Assembly: GCA_963704725.1 (NCBI GenBank)
Contig: OY969934.1
Location: 2,528,001-2,592,000 of the forward strand
DNA: 64,000 bases
Direction: 5' to 3'
DNA from: an uncultured Actinomycetes bacterium
Lineage (GTDB): Bacteria; Actinomycetota; UBA4738; HRBIN12
Each line of letters opens with the position of its first letter. The first letter of the stretch is position 1. Below the pieces are notes generated by a model, which saw only the letters and a list, made by a program, of their open reading frames with translations, was not told where the DNA came from and did no database searches. The translations under genes and the position numbers were made by a program. Shown here in pieces: positions 48,781 through 57,952 of this stretch.

Positions 48781-48903
48781 CAGGCCATCGTAGGGGGGCG
48801 CCCGCTCGCCGCCCACGACCTCCTTGACTGCAGGTCAGAGGGGTCGCGGGGGGGAGACCGGGTGCGCGGCTACGCTACCGACGGACCATCCGCAGGAGGC
48901 ATC

Positions 48904-50094
48904 GTGAGCGTCGGAACCGCGTTCCACCCACGCACGTCCGGGCTGAACTCGAAGATGGCGTGGGGCGAGTGGTCGGGCTACTTCGCCGCGGCGGTCTACG
49001 CCGACTTCCACGACATCGAGTACAACGCGATCCGGGAGCAGGCGGCGCTGATCGACGTCTCCCCCCTGTACAAGTACGCCGTCACCGGGCCCGACGCCGC
49101 GCGGCTCGTCGACCGCGTCATGACGCGCGACGTGTCGAAGCTGCGCGTGGGACGGGTCTTCTACACGCCCTGGTGCAACGAGGACGGCAAGGTGGTCGAC
49201 GACGGCACCGTCACGCGCCGCGCCGAGCGCGAGTTCTTCTGGACGGCGGCGGATCCTTCCTACCGCTGGTTGGTCCTGAACGCCGCCGGTCTCGACGTCG
49301 AGATCGAGGACGTGTCCGAGCAGATCGCCGGCGTCGCCCTGCAGGGTCCGCGTTCGCGGATGGTCCTGGAGGCCGCGAGTCGCGCCGAATGGGCGGATCT
49401 CGCGTACTTCGGGCACCGACGCACCGAGATCGGCGGGGCGGATGTCCACGTCACGCGGACCGGCTACACGGGCGACCTCGGCTACGAGGTGTGGGTGCCC
49501 GTCGACGCCGCGGTCGACGTGTGGGACGCCCTGTGGGAGGCCGGCGAGCCTCACGGCATCCGACCGGCCGGCATCCACGCCCTGGACGTCTCGCGGGTCG
49601 AGGCCGGGCTCATCCTCATCGAGGCCGACTACACGAGCGCTCGACACGCGATCACCCAGGAGCAGATGTACTCGCCGTTCGAGATCGGGCTCGGCCGGCT
49701 GGTCGACCTGGGCAAGACGAGCTTCGTCGGCCATCACGCGCTCGAGCTCGAGCAGCGCCGGGGCGGCCCGGCCAGGCGCCTGGTCGGGCTCGACCTCGAG
49801 TGGAGCGGCATCGAGGCTCTGTACGCCAAGCACGACCTCCCGCCCCAGGTCTCGCCGTATGTCAACCGGGACCCCGTGCCGGTCTACCGGTCCGGCACGC
49901 AGGTGGGCCGCGCCACCAGCATCGCCTGGGGGCCGACGATCAAGCGGATGGTCGGGTTCGGCTCTCTCCCCCCGGCCCTGGCAGCCCCCGGCACACGCGT
50001 GTCGGTCGAGTGGAGCGTCGAGGGCGAGCGCGGCAAGGCGGGGGCGACGGTGGTCGAGCTCCCCTTCCTCGACCTCGAGCGCAGGCGCGCGTAG
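48904..50094 (+). CDS. GcvT/DmdA/LigM-like THF-dependent aminomethyltransferase family protein
   Basis: AGGAGG RBS; EYNAIRE.AALIDVSPL, DDGTV, ALQGP, RTGYTGDLGYE, RVEAG, LPF. Confidence 0.9.
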   Translation: MSVGTAFHPRTSGLNSKMAWGEWSGYFAAAVYADFHDIEYNAIREQAALIDVSPLYKYAVTGPDAARLVDRVMTRDVSKLRVGRVFYTPWCNEDGKVVDDGTVTRRAEREFFWTAADPSYRWLVLNAAGLDVEIEDVSEQIAGVALQGPRSRMVLEAASRAEWADLAYFGHRRTEIGGADVHVTRTGYTGDLGYEVWVPVDAAVDVWDALWEAGEPHGIRPAGIHALDVSRVEAGLILIEADYTSARHAITQEQMYSPFEIGLGRLVDLGKTSFVGHHALELEQRRGGPARRLVGLDLEWSGIEALYAKHDLPPQVSPYVNRDPVPVYRSGTQVGRATSIAWGPTIKRMVGFGSLPPALAAPGTRVSVEWSVEGERGKAGATVVELPFLDLERRRA

Positions 50095-50146
50095 GCGGTC
50101 GTCACACCAACTCCATCTGCGACGGGGCGCCGTCCGGGATAATCGA

Positions 50147-52108
50147 GTGAGCGTGCCGAACCGGTCCCGATCCTCGCTCGCCCTGATCGCGGCGTCCGGA
50201 GGCACCGTGGCGCTCGTCATCGCGCTCACCGGGAGCCTCGTGGCGTCGGCGATCGCCGGCCTCCTGGCCCTGGCGACCGCGCTCGTGGTCCTCCGAGCAC
50301 GCGTCGCGGCCGAAGCGACCGACGCGGTCCCCGAGGCCGATGCCGTCCCCGAGCCCACCGAGGCCGATGCGCCCCCCGACCCGTCACGGCGTCGGTTCCT
50401 GCGAGCCGTCGTCACCGGGCTGGGCCTCGTCGCCGTCGCCGGGGGATCCGCGCTCGGCGCCGTAGTTCGGCGGCTCACGCGCCCCGACCCCCGGCCGATC
50501 CTGGAGCGGACGGTGGGCGACCTCGGCGCCGAGTACGTCGAGCTCGTCACGCGCGCCTATCACCCCGAGCGCTCGGGCGACCTCCAGCTCCTGGTCACGC
50601 CCTTCTCGAGCTCCAACTACGCGAACGAGTCGCGGTCGCTCCTGCCCAACGACCCCCGATCCAGCCACGCCGTGGTGTGGATGTACGGAGAACGCGTGCC
50701 CATCGTCGTGTGGGCCCCCGGCCTCGTCGAGCCGCAGGACCACGAAGAGCGCGTCACGCTGGCCGATCTCGCGCCGACGACCGCACGCCTGATCGGGTTC
50801 GACGGGTACGCGGCCGCGGACGGCGTCCCGCTGCCCGGGATCCCGGCCCCGACCGGCGCGCCACCGCGAGTCGTCGTCACGTTCGTGATCGACGGCGGCG
50901 GCTGGGACGTCCTGCGGAAGTGGCCCGAGGCGTGGCCGAATTTGAAACGCCTCATGCGCGAGGGCGCCGCCTACCGCAACGCGATCACCGGCTCGTTCCC
51001 CGCCGTGACCGCCTCGGCGCACGCGACGATCGGCACCGGCGCGTACCCCCGGACGCACGGGATCACCGGGCACAACGTCCGGCGGGACGGACATCCGGTC
51101 AAGGCGTGGGGCGACCCGGGACGGGTCGATCCCTCCTTCCTCCTCGAGCCCACCCTGGCCGACCGGTGGAGCGCGGCGACGGGCGACGGCGCTTGGGTTG
51201 GTGAGATCGGGTACCAGGTCTGGCACCTCGGCATGCTGGGGCGGGGCGGGCGCCCCCTCGGCGACCTGCCCGTGGGGGTCTTCTGGGACGAGCCGGGCGG
51301 CAGCGGCGGGTGGAAACCGCACAACCCGGACCTGTACCGGCTTCCGGCGAGCGTGCCGGCCCCGGACCGGCTCGACTCGCTCACGGCCGCCTACCGCCCG
51401 CCGCCCGCCTCGCCCTACGACCGGTTCATCGCGAGCGACGCCAAGTCGATGTGCTGCTTCCCGCCGGTGGTCCGCCTGCAGGGAGAGCTCATCGAGTCGA
51501 CGTTCGAGTCGGAGCCCATCGGCGGGGACGGCGTGCCCGGCCTGCTCTACCTCAACTTCAAGGCGCCGGACTACTCGGGCCACGTCTACAACATGGACGA
51601 CCCCCGGCAGGCCGAGGTCCTCGGCGCCGTCGACGGCGAGATCGGGCGCCTGGCCGACCTGCTCGAGCGGCGGTTCGGACCCGGCGGGTTCGCGCTGATC
51701 GTCACGGCCGACCACGGCCAGTGCCCACTGATCGACCCCAGCGGCGGCGTCCGGATCGACCCGATCCAACTCGAGTCGGACCTGGTGCGGGAGTTCGGCA
51801 AGAGCGTGTTCGGCCTCGTCGAGCTCGTCGCGCCGTCCGAGGTCTACCTGAGCTCCCGGGCCCTCGCCGACGCCGGCTACAGCGCCGAGGACGTCGCCGC
51901 GTTCCTCGCCGGCTACCGGTACGGGGAGAACATCGGGCCCTACGTCCGGCCCGCCGCGATCCGGCGGGACCGGCTCGGCGACCGAACGTTCGCCGCGGTC
52001 CTGCCGAAGAGCTTCATCGCGGACCTCGCAAACCTCGATCTCTCGGGTTACGGGAGCTCGAGCTTCGCGGATGCGGATCCCGGGGGGATCCCCGCCGTCA
52101 CCTGGTAG
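50147..52108 (+). CDS. Membrane-anchored alkaline phosphatase superfamily (PafA/NPP-like) protein, circularly permuted (start 50147 or 50153)
   Basis: VIDGGG, PAVTASAHATIGTG, DYSGH and VTADHG are preceded by RSGD...SH...VPIV...DLAPT; internal SRRRFL. Confidence 0.85.
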   Translation: MSVPNRSRSSLALIAASGGTVALVIALTGSLVASAIAGLLALATALVVLRARVAAEATDAVPEADAVPEPTEADAPPDPSRRRFLRAVVTGLGLVAVAGGSALGAVVRRLTRPDPRPILERTVGDLGAEYVELVTRAYHPERSGDLQLLVTPFSSSNYANESRSLLPNDPRSSHAVVWMYGERVPIVVWAPGLVEPQDHEERVTLADLAPTTARLIGFDGYAAADGVPLPGIPAPTGAPPRVVVTFVIDGGGWDVLRKWPEAWPNLKRLMREGAAYRNAITGSFPAVTASAHATIGTGAYPRTHGITGHNVRRDGHPVKAWGDPGRVDPSFLLEPTLADRWSAATGDGAWVGEIGYQVWHLGMLGRGGRPLGDLPVGVFWDEPGGSGGWKPHNPDLYRLPASVPAPDRLDSLTAAYRPPPASPYDRFIASDAKSMCCFPPVVRLQGELIESTFESEPIGGDGVPGLLYLNFKAPDYSGHVYNMDDPRQAEVLGAVDGEIGRLADLLERRFGPGGFALIVTADHGQCPLIDPSGGVRIDPIQLESDLVREFGKSVFGLVELVAPSEVYLSSRALADAGYSAEDVAAFLAGYRYGENIGPYVRPAAIRRDRLGDRTFAAVLPKSFIADLANLDLSGYGSSSFADADPGGIPAVTW

Positions 52109-52114
52109 CGAGCC

Positions 52115-54808
52115 TCACCCGCTCACGTCCACGACCACGACGTCTTCGTCGCCCGAGATCGCCACGCCGCCCCGGCGGTGCTGCTTGGCCCGGTACATCG
52201 CGGTGTCGGCGTCGCGGATCAGGTGCTCGCACCCCCGCGCCATGTCGAGCGCGAGCGTCACGCCGACGCTGACGCCGATCCGGATGTTCCCGCCATCGGC
52301 CACGGAGATCGGGTCATCGAGGCACCGGCACAACCGCTCCGCCGCCGCCACCGCGTCGGGCGCGCTCCACACGTCCTGGCACAGGACGACGAACTCGTCG
52401 CCGCCGTAGCGGGCCACGGTGTCGGCGGGGCGGACCGCCCCCGAGAACCTGTGGGCGACCTCGATGAGCACCCGGTCGCCGACGTCGTGCCCGAACTCGT
52501 CGTTCACGCGCTTGAACCCGTCCAGGTCGAGGAACATCACGGCCACCCCGGGACCCCCGCGGTCGAGCCGGGCGAGGGCGATGCTCATCCGGTCCAGGAG
52601 GAGCTCCCGGTTGGGCAGGTCCGTCAGCGGATCGTGCATGGCGCGCTGGGCGAGCGCATCCTCGGCGGCCTTGCGAACGCTGATGTCGTCGAGCATGACG
52701 ATCGCGAAGTCGGGCTGCCCCTCCTCGTTGCGGACCAGCGAGACCGTCACGTGACACCAGATCCGGTCGCCACCCCGCCGCCGGTACTGGCGATCGACCT
52801 CGTAGTGGTCGATCCCCCCTCCGGCGAGCCGCGCGAACTCCTCCGGGATGTCGCCCGGACCCGGCTCGGCGAGGAAGGTGCCGAGATGGAGGCCGAGGAG
52901 GTCCGCCCGGCCCACGCCGAGCAGCTCCGCGATCGCGTCGTTGGCCTCGAGGACGTGGCCGTCGAGCGACAGGCGGGCGATCCCGATCGCGGCGTCGTCG
53001 AAGACCGCACGGAAGCGCCGCTCGCTGGCGTGGAGCGCGAGCTCCGCCACCTTCTTGTCCGTGACGTCCTGCATGATCCCCTGCCACATCGCCGGACGGC
53101 CCTGCTCGTCCCGAGCGACCGCCGAACGCTCCTCGATCCACACGACCCGCCCGTCCTTGCGGATCATCCGGTAGGCCGCGGTGAGTGACCCGCCCGACTC
53201 CATCGCCTGCTGGCCGAGCCGCTCGACCTCCTCCAGGTCGTCCGGGTGCACCGCCTTCGCCCAGCCCTCGTCGGTGGCCAGGAACTCCTCGGGCGTGTAC
53301 CCGAGCACGTCCTCGATCTGCGGGCTGATGTACTCGGGCTCGGCGTCGTCCGGGTCGGCGACGCCGATCCGGTCGACGAACGTGATCGCGGGTAGCTGTT
53401 CCACGAGCGTGCGGTACCGCAGCTCGGCGGTGCGGAGCGCGTCCTCGGCGAGGTGCTTCTCGGTCACGTCCTGGTACGCGCCCTGCCATACGGACACGTG
53501 CCCGTCGGCGTCGACCAGTGGGCGCGACGAATCGTGGATCCAGACGACGCGCCCGTCCGGGCGGACCATCCGGTACTCGGCCTCGATCGGCGCACAGGCC
53601 GCACGCGCCGCGACGCCCTCGGCGTCGACGCGCGCCAGGTCCTCCGGGTGGACCATGCTCGCCCAGAGCCCGGCACCCTTCACCCAGTCCTTCGGCGTCA
53701 CGCCGAGCATCTCCTCGATCTGCGGGCCCACGTACACCGCCGCGGTGAGCGAGGGATCCTCCGGGTCGAACCGGAAGAGGTAGGTGGCCACCGGAAGCTG
53801 CTCGACGAGCGTGCGATACCGGGCCTCGGCCGAGCTCAGGGCGTCCTGTGCGAGCTGGCGCTCCGTCACGTCGTGGACGATCTCGTAGACGAGGGCGCGG
53901 CCGCCGATGGCGATCGAGCCGGTGTAGATCTCGACGTGGCGGATCTCGCCGTCCGCGAGGCGGTGGCGAAGCCGCAGGAAGGGCCGCTCCTGCGTGTTGG
54001 CGAGCCGCATCTCCTCCAGGACCACGTCCGGGGGGTCGGCGCGGAGCACGGCCGTCCCCTCCTTCACGAGACGATCGAGCGGGTACCCGTAGAAGTCGAG
54101 CGCGGCCGGGTTGGCGTCGACGATCTCCTCGGAGACGGGATCGAGCAGCAGCATGACCGCGCGGTTGCCGGAGAAGAGGCTGTGGTACTGCGCCTCCTGC
54201 TCGCGGAACGCGGCCTGGACTGCGAACCGTTCCGTGATGTCGCGCACGCTCAGCACGATGCCGCCCACGGTCGGATCGGACAGGCGGTTGTGGTAGTGGA
54301 CCTCCACCCATCGCCAGGACCCCGTCGCGTCGCGGACCCGCACCTCGAGCCCGCCGGTCACGCCGGGATGTCCCACCCCGGCGGCGAAGGTCGAACGCAC
54401 CAGGGGCGCGTCGTCGGGGTGGACGAGGTCGATCGCCGAGGTTCCGAGGAGCTCCTCCGGGCGCACGCCGAACAGTCGCTCCGAGCTCGGCGCGACGTAC
54501 GTGAGCACGGCGCGCTCGTCCAGCACCACGATCAGGTCGGAGGCGTGTTCGACGAGCGAGCGGTGGCGCTCCTCCGACGCGCGCAGGGCCTCCTCGGCGC
54601 GGGATCGATCGAGCTCCGCTCGGCGGAGCCACCGAAGCCCGACCAGCACGGCCGCGACCGCGATCAGGGCGACGCCGGCCTGCCCTCGATGCTCGTCCCG
54701 GATCTCGAAGACCAGGATGGCGACGGGCGCGATCAGGAACGCCACGCCGAGCAGAAGGGTGCGCGGCGCGCGCGGGCGGGGACGCTCGGGCGAGGATGCT
54801 CGCATCAC
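52115..54808 (-). CDS. Multi-PAS diguanylate cyclase
   Basis: Two TMs, about 5 PAS/PAC domains, HDPLTDLPNR, DLDGFKRVND.FGH, RPAD I-site, RYGGDEF. Confidence 0.95.
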   Translation of the reverse strand: MMRASSPERPRPRAPRTLLLGVAFLIAPVAILVFEIRDEHRGQAGVALIAVAAVLVGLRWLRRAELDRSRAEEALRASEERHRSLVEHASDLIVVLDERAVLTYVAPSSERLFGVRPEELLGTSAIDLVHPDDAPLVRSTFAAGVGHPGVTGGLEVRVRDATGSWRWVEVHYHNRLSDPTVGGIVLSVRDITERFAVQAAFREQEAQYHSLFSGNRAVMLLLDPVSEEIVDANPAALDFYGYPLDRLVKEGTAVLRADPPDVVLEEMRLANTQERPFLRLRHRLADGEIRHVEIYTGSIAIGGRALVYEIVHDVTERQLAQDALSSAEARYRTLVEQLPVATYLFRFDPEDPSLTAAVYVGPQIEEMLGVTPKDWVKGAGLWASMVHPEDLARVDAEGVAARAACAPIEAEYRMVRPDGRVVWIHDSSRPLVDADGHVSVWQGAYQDVTEKHLAEDALRTAELRYRTLVEQLPAITFVDRIGVADPDDAEPEYISPQIEDVLGYTPEEFLATDEGWAKAVHPDDLEEVERLGQQAMESGGSLTAAYRMIRKDGRVVWIEERSAVARDEQGRPAMWQGIMQDVTDKKVAELALHASERRFRAVFDDAAIGIARLSLDGHVLEANDAIAELLGVGRADLLGLHLGTFLAEPGPGDIPEEFARLAGGGIDHYEVDRQYRRRGGDRIWCHVTVSLVRNEEGQPDFAIVMLDDISVRKAAEDALAQRAMHDPLTDLPNRELLLDRMSIALARLDRGGPGVAVMFLDLDGFKRVNDEFGHDVGDRVLIEVAHRFSGAVRPADTVARYGGDEFVVLCQDVWSAPDAVAAAERLCRCLDDPISVADGGNIRIGVSVGVTLALDMARGCEHLIRDADTAMYRAKQHRRGGVAISGDEDVVVVDVSG

Positions 54809-54945
54809 CCGTGTTCTCGGATGCGGACAAGTCCCAACACAGCGCTCGGTGTCCCGGCACCCCTGGGTCGATGGGCCGATGGGCGAATCACGCGGGTCGG
54901 GCTGCGGGGAACCCGCACCCGTGCCCCGTGGTAGCGTCGCGCTCC

Positions 54946-55113
54946 ATGGCGGCGCACCGGTTCGCCCGGACCCTGGAACGGCTGCTCGAGATCGAGGCCC
55001 CGCTGCTGCGCTTCTTCACGGACTCCGCGGCCGCGCACATGGACCGCGACGCCGATCTCGACGAGATGGTGGAGCGGGCCATCCCGGTGTTCGAAGCCGC
55101 CGCCCGCCGCTGA
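54946..55113 (+). pseudogene. 55-aa mini-ORF, possible internally deleted aminotransferase remnant
   Basis: -10 TAGCGT 8 nt before ATG; LLRFFTDS and DEMVERAIPVF resemble, from recollection, the two ends of a class I/II aminotransferase subfamily. Confidence 0.35.
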
Positions 55114-55120
55114 TCGCTCG

Positions 55121-56380
55121 ATGCCCGTCGAGACGGACGAGCGCGACCGGGCCCTCCTGTCCGGCCGAGATGGCGAGGCCGCAGCGCTGGCGATGCGCAT
55201 CGTCCTCGAGATGGCCGGGATCATGGGGGCCGACCACCTGATCGACGTCGTCTCCGCGCACGTCGACGGGTGCCTCTACCATGGCCGGGCCGGCCTGGAC
55301 TTCGCCGAGCGGCTCCGCGCGGGAGGCGCCCGGGTGGCCGTGCCGACGACCCTCAACGTCGGCGCCCTCGACCTCCTGCACCCGGAGCGCTCCCGGCTCG
55401 ACGCGGCCACGGCCGCCGACGCCCGCCGGCAGATGGACGCGTACGTCGCGATGGGCTGCCGGCCGACCTGGACGTGCGCGCCCTATCAGCTCCCCGAGCG
55501 GCCGGCGTTCGGGCAGCACGTGGCGTGGGCGGAGTCGAACGCGATCGTGTTCTGCAACTCCGTGCTGGGGGCGAGGACGAACCGCTACGGCGACTTCATC
55601 GACGTCTGCGCCGCGATCACGGGGCGAGTGCCGTTCGCCGGGCTGCACCGCGACGAGGAACGCAGGGCTCGGGTCGTCCTTCGGCTCGACAGGGTACCGC
55701 CGCGGATCCTCGGCTCCGACGTCCTCTACCCGGTCCTGGGACACGTGCTCGGCCGGGAGGCCGGGACCGACGTGGCCGCGATCGTCGGCCTCCCGCGCAA
55801 CGCCACCGAGGATCGGCTCAAGGCGCTCGGGGCCGCGGCGGCCTCCTCCGGCGCGGTGGGGATGTTCCACGCGGTCGGCGTCACGCCCGAGGCGCCGACC
55901 CTCGATGCCGCCACCGGGGGCGAACCGGTGCCCGAGGTCGCGGTGACGCCGGAGCGGCTCCGCGCCGCGCGGGACGAGCTCGGGGCGGCCACCGGGCGCG
56001 CGCTCGGCGCGGTGTGCGTCGGGACGCCTCACGCGTCGCTCGCGGAGCTGGAGCGGCTCCGCGACCTGCTGGCGGGCGAGCGCCTCCGCGTGCCGTTGTG
56101 GGTGAACACCGGCCGCGACGTGCTCGCCGAGGCCGAGCGTGGAGGCGTGGCCGGAGCGCTCGAGGCGCTCGGCGTGCGGATCGTCGTCGACACGTGCACC
56201 TACCTCACGCCGCTGATCGGCGAGGTCGACGGCCCGGTCATGACCGACTCGGCGAAGTGGGCGTGGTACGCGCCGGCCAACCTGGGCGTGGAGGTCGTCT
56301 TCGGCGGCCTCGAGGAGTGTGTTCGCTCGGCCGCGGCGGGCCGCGTCGTCCGCGACGAGGAGCTGTGGGGCGATGCCTGA
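55121..56380 (+). CDS. Aconitase X large (catalytic) subunit
   Basis: AHVDGCLY, VPTTLN, WTCAPY, WAESNA, GARTNR, MFHAVGVTPEA, GTPH, DTC, TDSAKWAWY. Confidence 0.92.
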   Translation: MPVETDERDRALLSGRDGEAAALAMRIVLEMAGIMGADHLIDVVSAHVDGCLYHGRAGLDFAERLRAGGARVAVPTTLNVGALDLLHPERSRLDAATAADARRQMDAYVAMGCRPTWTCAPYQLPERPAFGQHVAWAESNAIVFCNSVLGARTNRYGDFIDVCAAITGRVPFAGLHRDEERRARVVLRLDRVPPRILGSDVLYPVLGHVLGREAGTDVAAIVGLPRNATEDRLKALGAAAASSGAVGMFHAVGVTPEAPTLDAATGGEPVPEVAVTPERLRAARDELGAATGRALGAVCVGTPHASLAELERLRDLLAGERLRVPLWVNTGRDVLAEAERGGVAGALEALGVRIVVDTCTYLTPLIGEVDGPVMTDSAKWAWYAPANLGVEVVFGGLEECVRSAAAGRVVRDEELWGDA

Positions 56381-56780
56381 GGCCCGGGTCCTCGTCACCG
56401 GCACCGCGGAGGGCGAGGTGCTCGTCCTGGACGAGCCGCTCAGCTTCTGGGGCGGCGTCGACCCCGCGACCGGCCTCGTGATCGACGTCCACCACCCCCA
56501 GCGCGGCTCGAACGTGGCCGGCCGGGTGCTGGTCATGCCCTCGGGCCGGGGCTCCAGCTCCAGCTCGAGCGTCCTGGCGGAGGCCATCCGGGCGGGCACG
56601 GCTCCCGCCGCGATCGTGCTGCTCGAGCCGGACCCGATCGTCGCCCTCGGGGCCATCGTCGCCCGCGAGCTCTACGGAGCTCGGGTGCCGGTCATCGTCG
56701 TCGGTCCACACGCGGAGCTTGCGGGTGGTCGCCTCCGCATCGACGCATCGGCCGAGCCCGCGCGCGTCGGACCGGCCTGA
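56373..56780 (+). CDS. Aconitase X small (swivel, DUF126) subunit
   Basis: EPLSFWGGVDP.TG, HHPQ.G, GRGSSSSS, APAAI. Confidence 0.92.
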   Translation: MPEARVLVTGTAEGEVLVLDEPLSFWGGVDPATGLVIDVHHPQRGSNVAGRVLVMPSGRGSSSSSSVLAEAIRAGTAPAAIVLLEPDPIVALGAIVARELYGARVPVIVVGPHAELAGGRLRIDASAEPARVGPA

Positions 56781-56877
56781 GGACCGCCGGACGTCACGCT
56801 CGCTCGGTGACGCGCGTCACCGTGCTTCGGCGCGGTGGCGCGGCATCCTTCAGCGAACGAGCGAGAGGCGGTGGGAC

Positions 56878-57039
56878 ATGCGGCGCATCAGGATCGAGCG
56901 GAAGTCGGAGGCGCGATGGATGCGCGACCGCGATGTCGTGCTCCCACTGGACGCCCGCGACCCGGCCGTGCTCCGGGCCAAGCAATTGCTGCGCGAGCGG
57001 TCGGATGCGACCGTGCGGAACGCTGCGGGTGCCCCGTAG
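56878..57039 (+). CDS. Small basic hypothetical protein
   Basis: GAGGCGG RBS; LPLDARDPAVLRAK motif. Confidence 0.5.
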   Translation: MRRIRIERKSEARWMRDRDVVLPLDARDPAVLRAKQLLRERSDATVRNAAGAP

Positions 57040-57114
57040 GCCCGAGTTCGGGGCCCTCGGACGCCGACGATCGACAGGGCAGACACCTGGAATCACGCGA
57101 TCCCATGGCCATCG

Positions 57115-57522
57115 TCACGGGACGATCTCGAACGCAGGAGCGTGAGCCGGGCGAACGACCGTGAGATGCCTTCGATCGAGCGTCGCCAGGCGCACGACGC
57201 GAAGGCGCTCCGCGGTGGCCACGACAGAAGCGTCGACGGTGCCGAGGGGAAGGTCCCGGTATTCGGCAACGAGCTCGGCAATCCGGATCCAGTCGGCGGG
57301 GTGAACCGGCTCCGCGATCAGGTTCCCCGCCGCCAGGTCGCCGAGGAATCGGACCTCTGCCTCCGCGCCGAGCCGCGTCTCGAGGAGGTAGGTCACCTCG
57401 GTCACGACGAGCTCCGGGACGATCAGGGGCCCGGGATGGCCTTCCAGCAGTGCCAGGCTGGCGTCGTGGTCGCGATCGTCCTCGTCGACGTAGGCGTACA
57501 GAGGACCGGCATCGACGATCAA
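57115..57522 (-). CDS. vapC: VapC PIN-domain toxin 1
   Basis: IVDAGPLYA, V.TEV.YLL, LGTVDASVVA.AERL, TLDRRH. Confidence 0.93.
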   Translation of the reverse strand: MIVDAGPLYAYVDEDDRDHDASLALLEGHPGPLIVPELVVTEVTYLLETRLGAEAEVRFLGDLAAGNLIAEPVHPADWIRIAELVAEYRDLPLGTVDASVVATAERLRVVRLATLDRRHLTVVRPAHAPAFEIVP

Positions 57523-57746
57523 CGAGATCGGCGGGCCTCCCGCCGCAGGATCTCCTCGATCTTGCGGGCGGTGTCACGACGGCCGCTCCGGCCGGCCTTC
57601 GCGGCCATCAGACGCCGGCGCCCGGCGCCGAGGTGGGACTCGATGGCCTCGCGCGTGAGCTCGGACACCGTCGTCCCTCGCCGCTCGGCTTCGTGGCGAA
57701 GCCGCGCGTCGAGATCGTTCGAGAGCTTCACGGTCGTCCGCTTCAT
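57519..57746 (-). CDS. vapB: VapB RHH/CopG antitoxin 1
   Basis: MKRTTVKL..DLDARLR.EA.RRG.TVSELTREAI; overlaps vapC. Confidence 0.9.
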   Translation of the reverse strand: MKRTTVKLSNDLDARLRHEAERRGTTVSELTREAIESHLGAGRRRLMAAKAGRSGRRDTARKIEEILRREARRSR

Positions 57747-57762
57747 GGTATGCCAGCATACC
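57747..57762. promoter_or_regulatory. vapBC1 operator / leaderless promoter
   Basis: Perfect inverted repeat GGTATGC-CA-GCATACC abutting the ATG and containing minus-strand TATGCT. Confidence 0.7.
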
Positions 57763-57837
57763 CTTCGCCAGTCACACGTCAACCGGAGGGGGCGATACTG
57801 TCTTGCTCCTCTTGGCCGCGCCGTGCGGTCGGAGAAG

Positions 57838-57950
57838 CGCCGACCTCCCACATTCAGGAGCTCGAAGAACCGGAGAGCCGGGACCGCGATTGTCGTCGAC
57901 CGAGACGAGGAACTTGCTCATGATTCCGCAAGGTAGCCGGATATGCGTGA
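57838..57950 (-). pseudogene. Collapsed remnant of a vapBC2-like locus
   Basis: 57890-57922 matches the vapB2 5' end (59799-59831) with one mismatch and is joined directly to sequence matching internal vapC2 (about 59419-59470). Confidence 0.8.
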
Positions 57951-57952
57951 GC

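Noticed and set aside
50315-50380. Short EADAVP/EADAPP repeats
   Set aside because: Flexible acidic linker with only 2-3 imperfect copies
214-54860. Very long alternative-frame ORFs (e.g. 214..1923, 939..3110, 9191..12106, 21444..24218, 31242..34382, 35388..38042, 52314..54860)
   Set aside because: Arg/Pro/Gly-rich shadows of real genes caused by high GC; no family motifs except where a real gene occupies the 3' end
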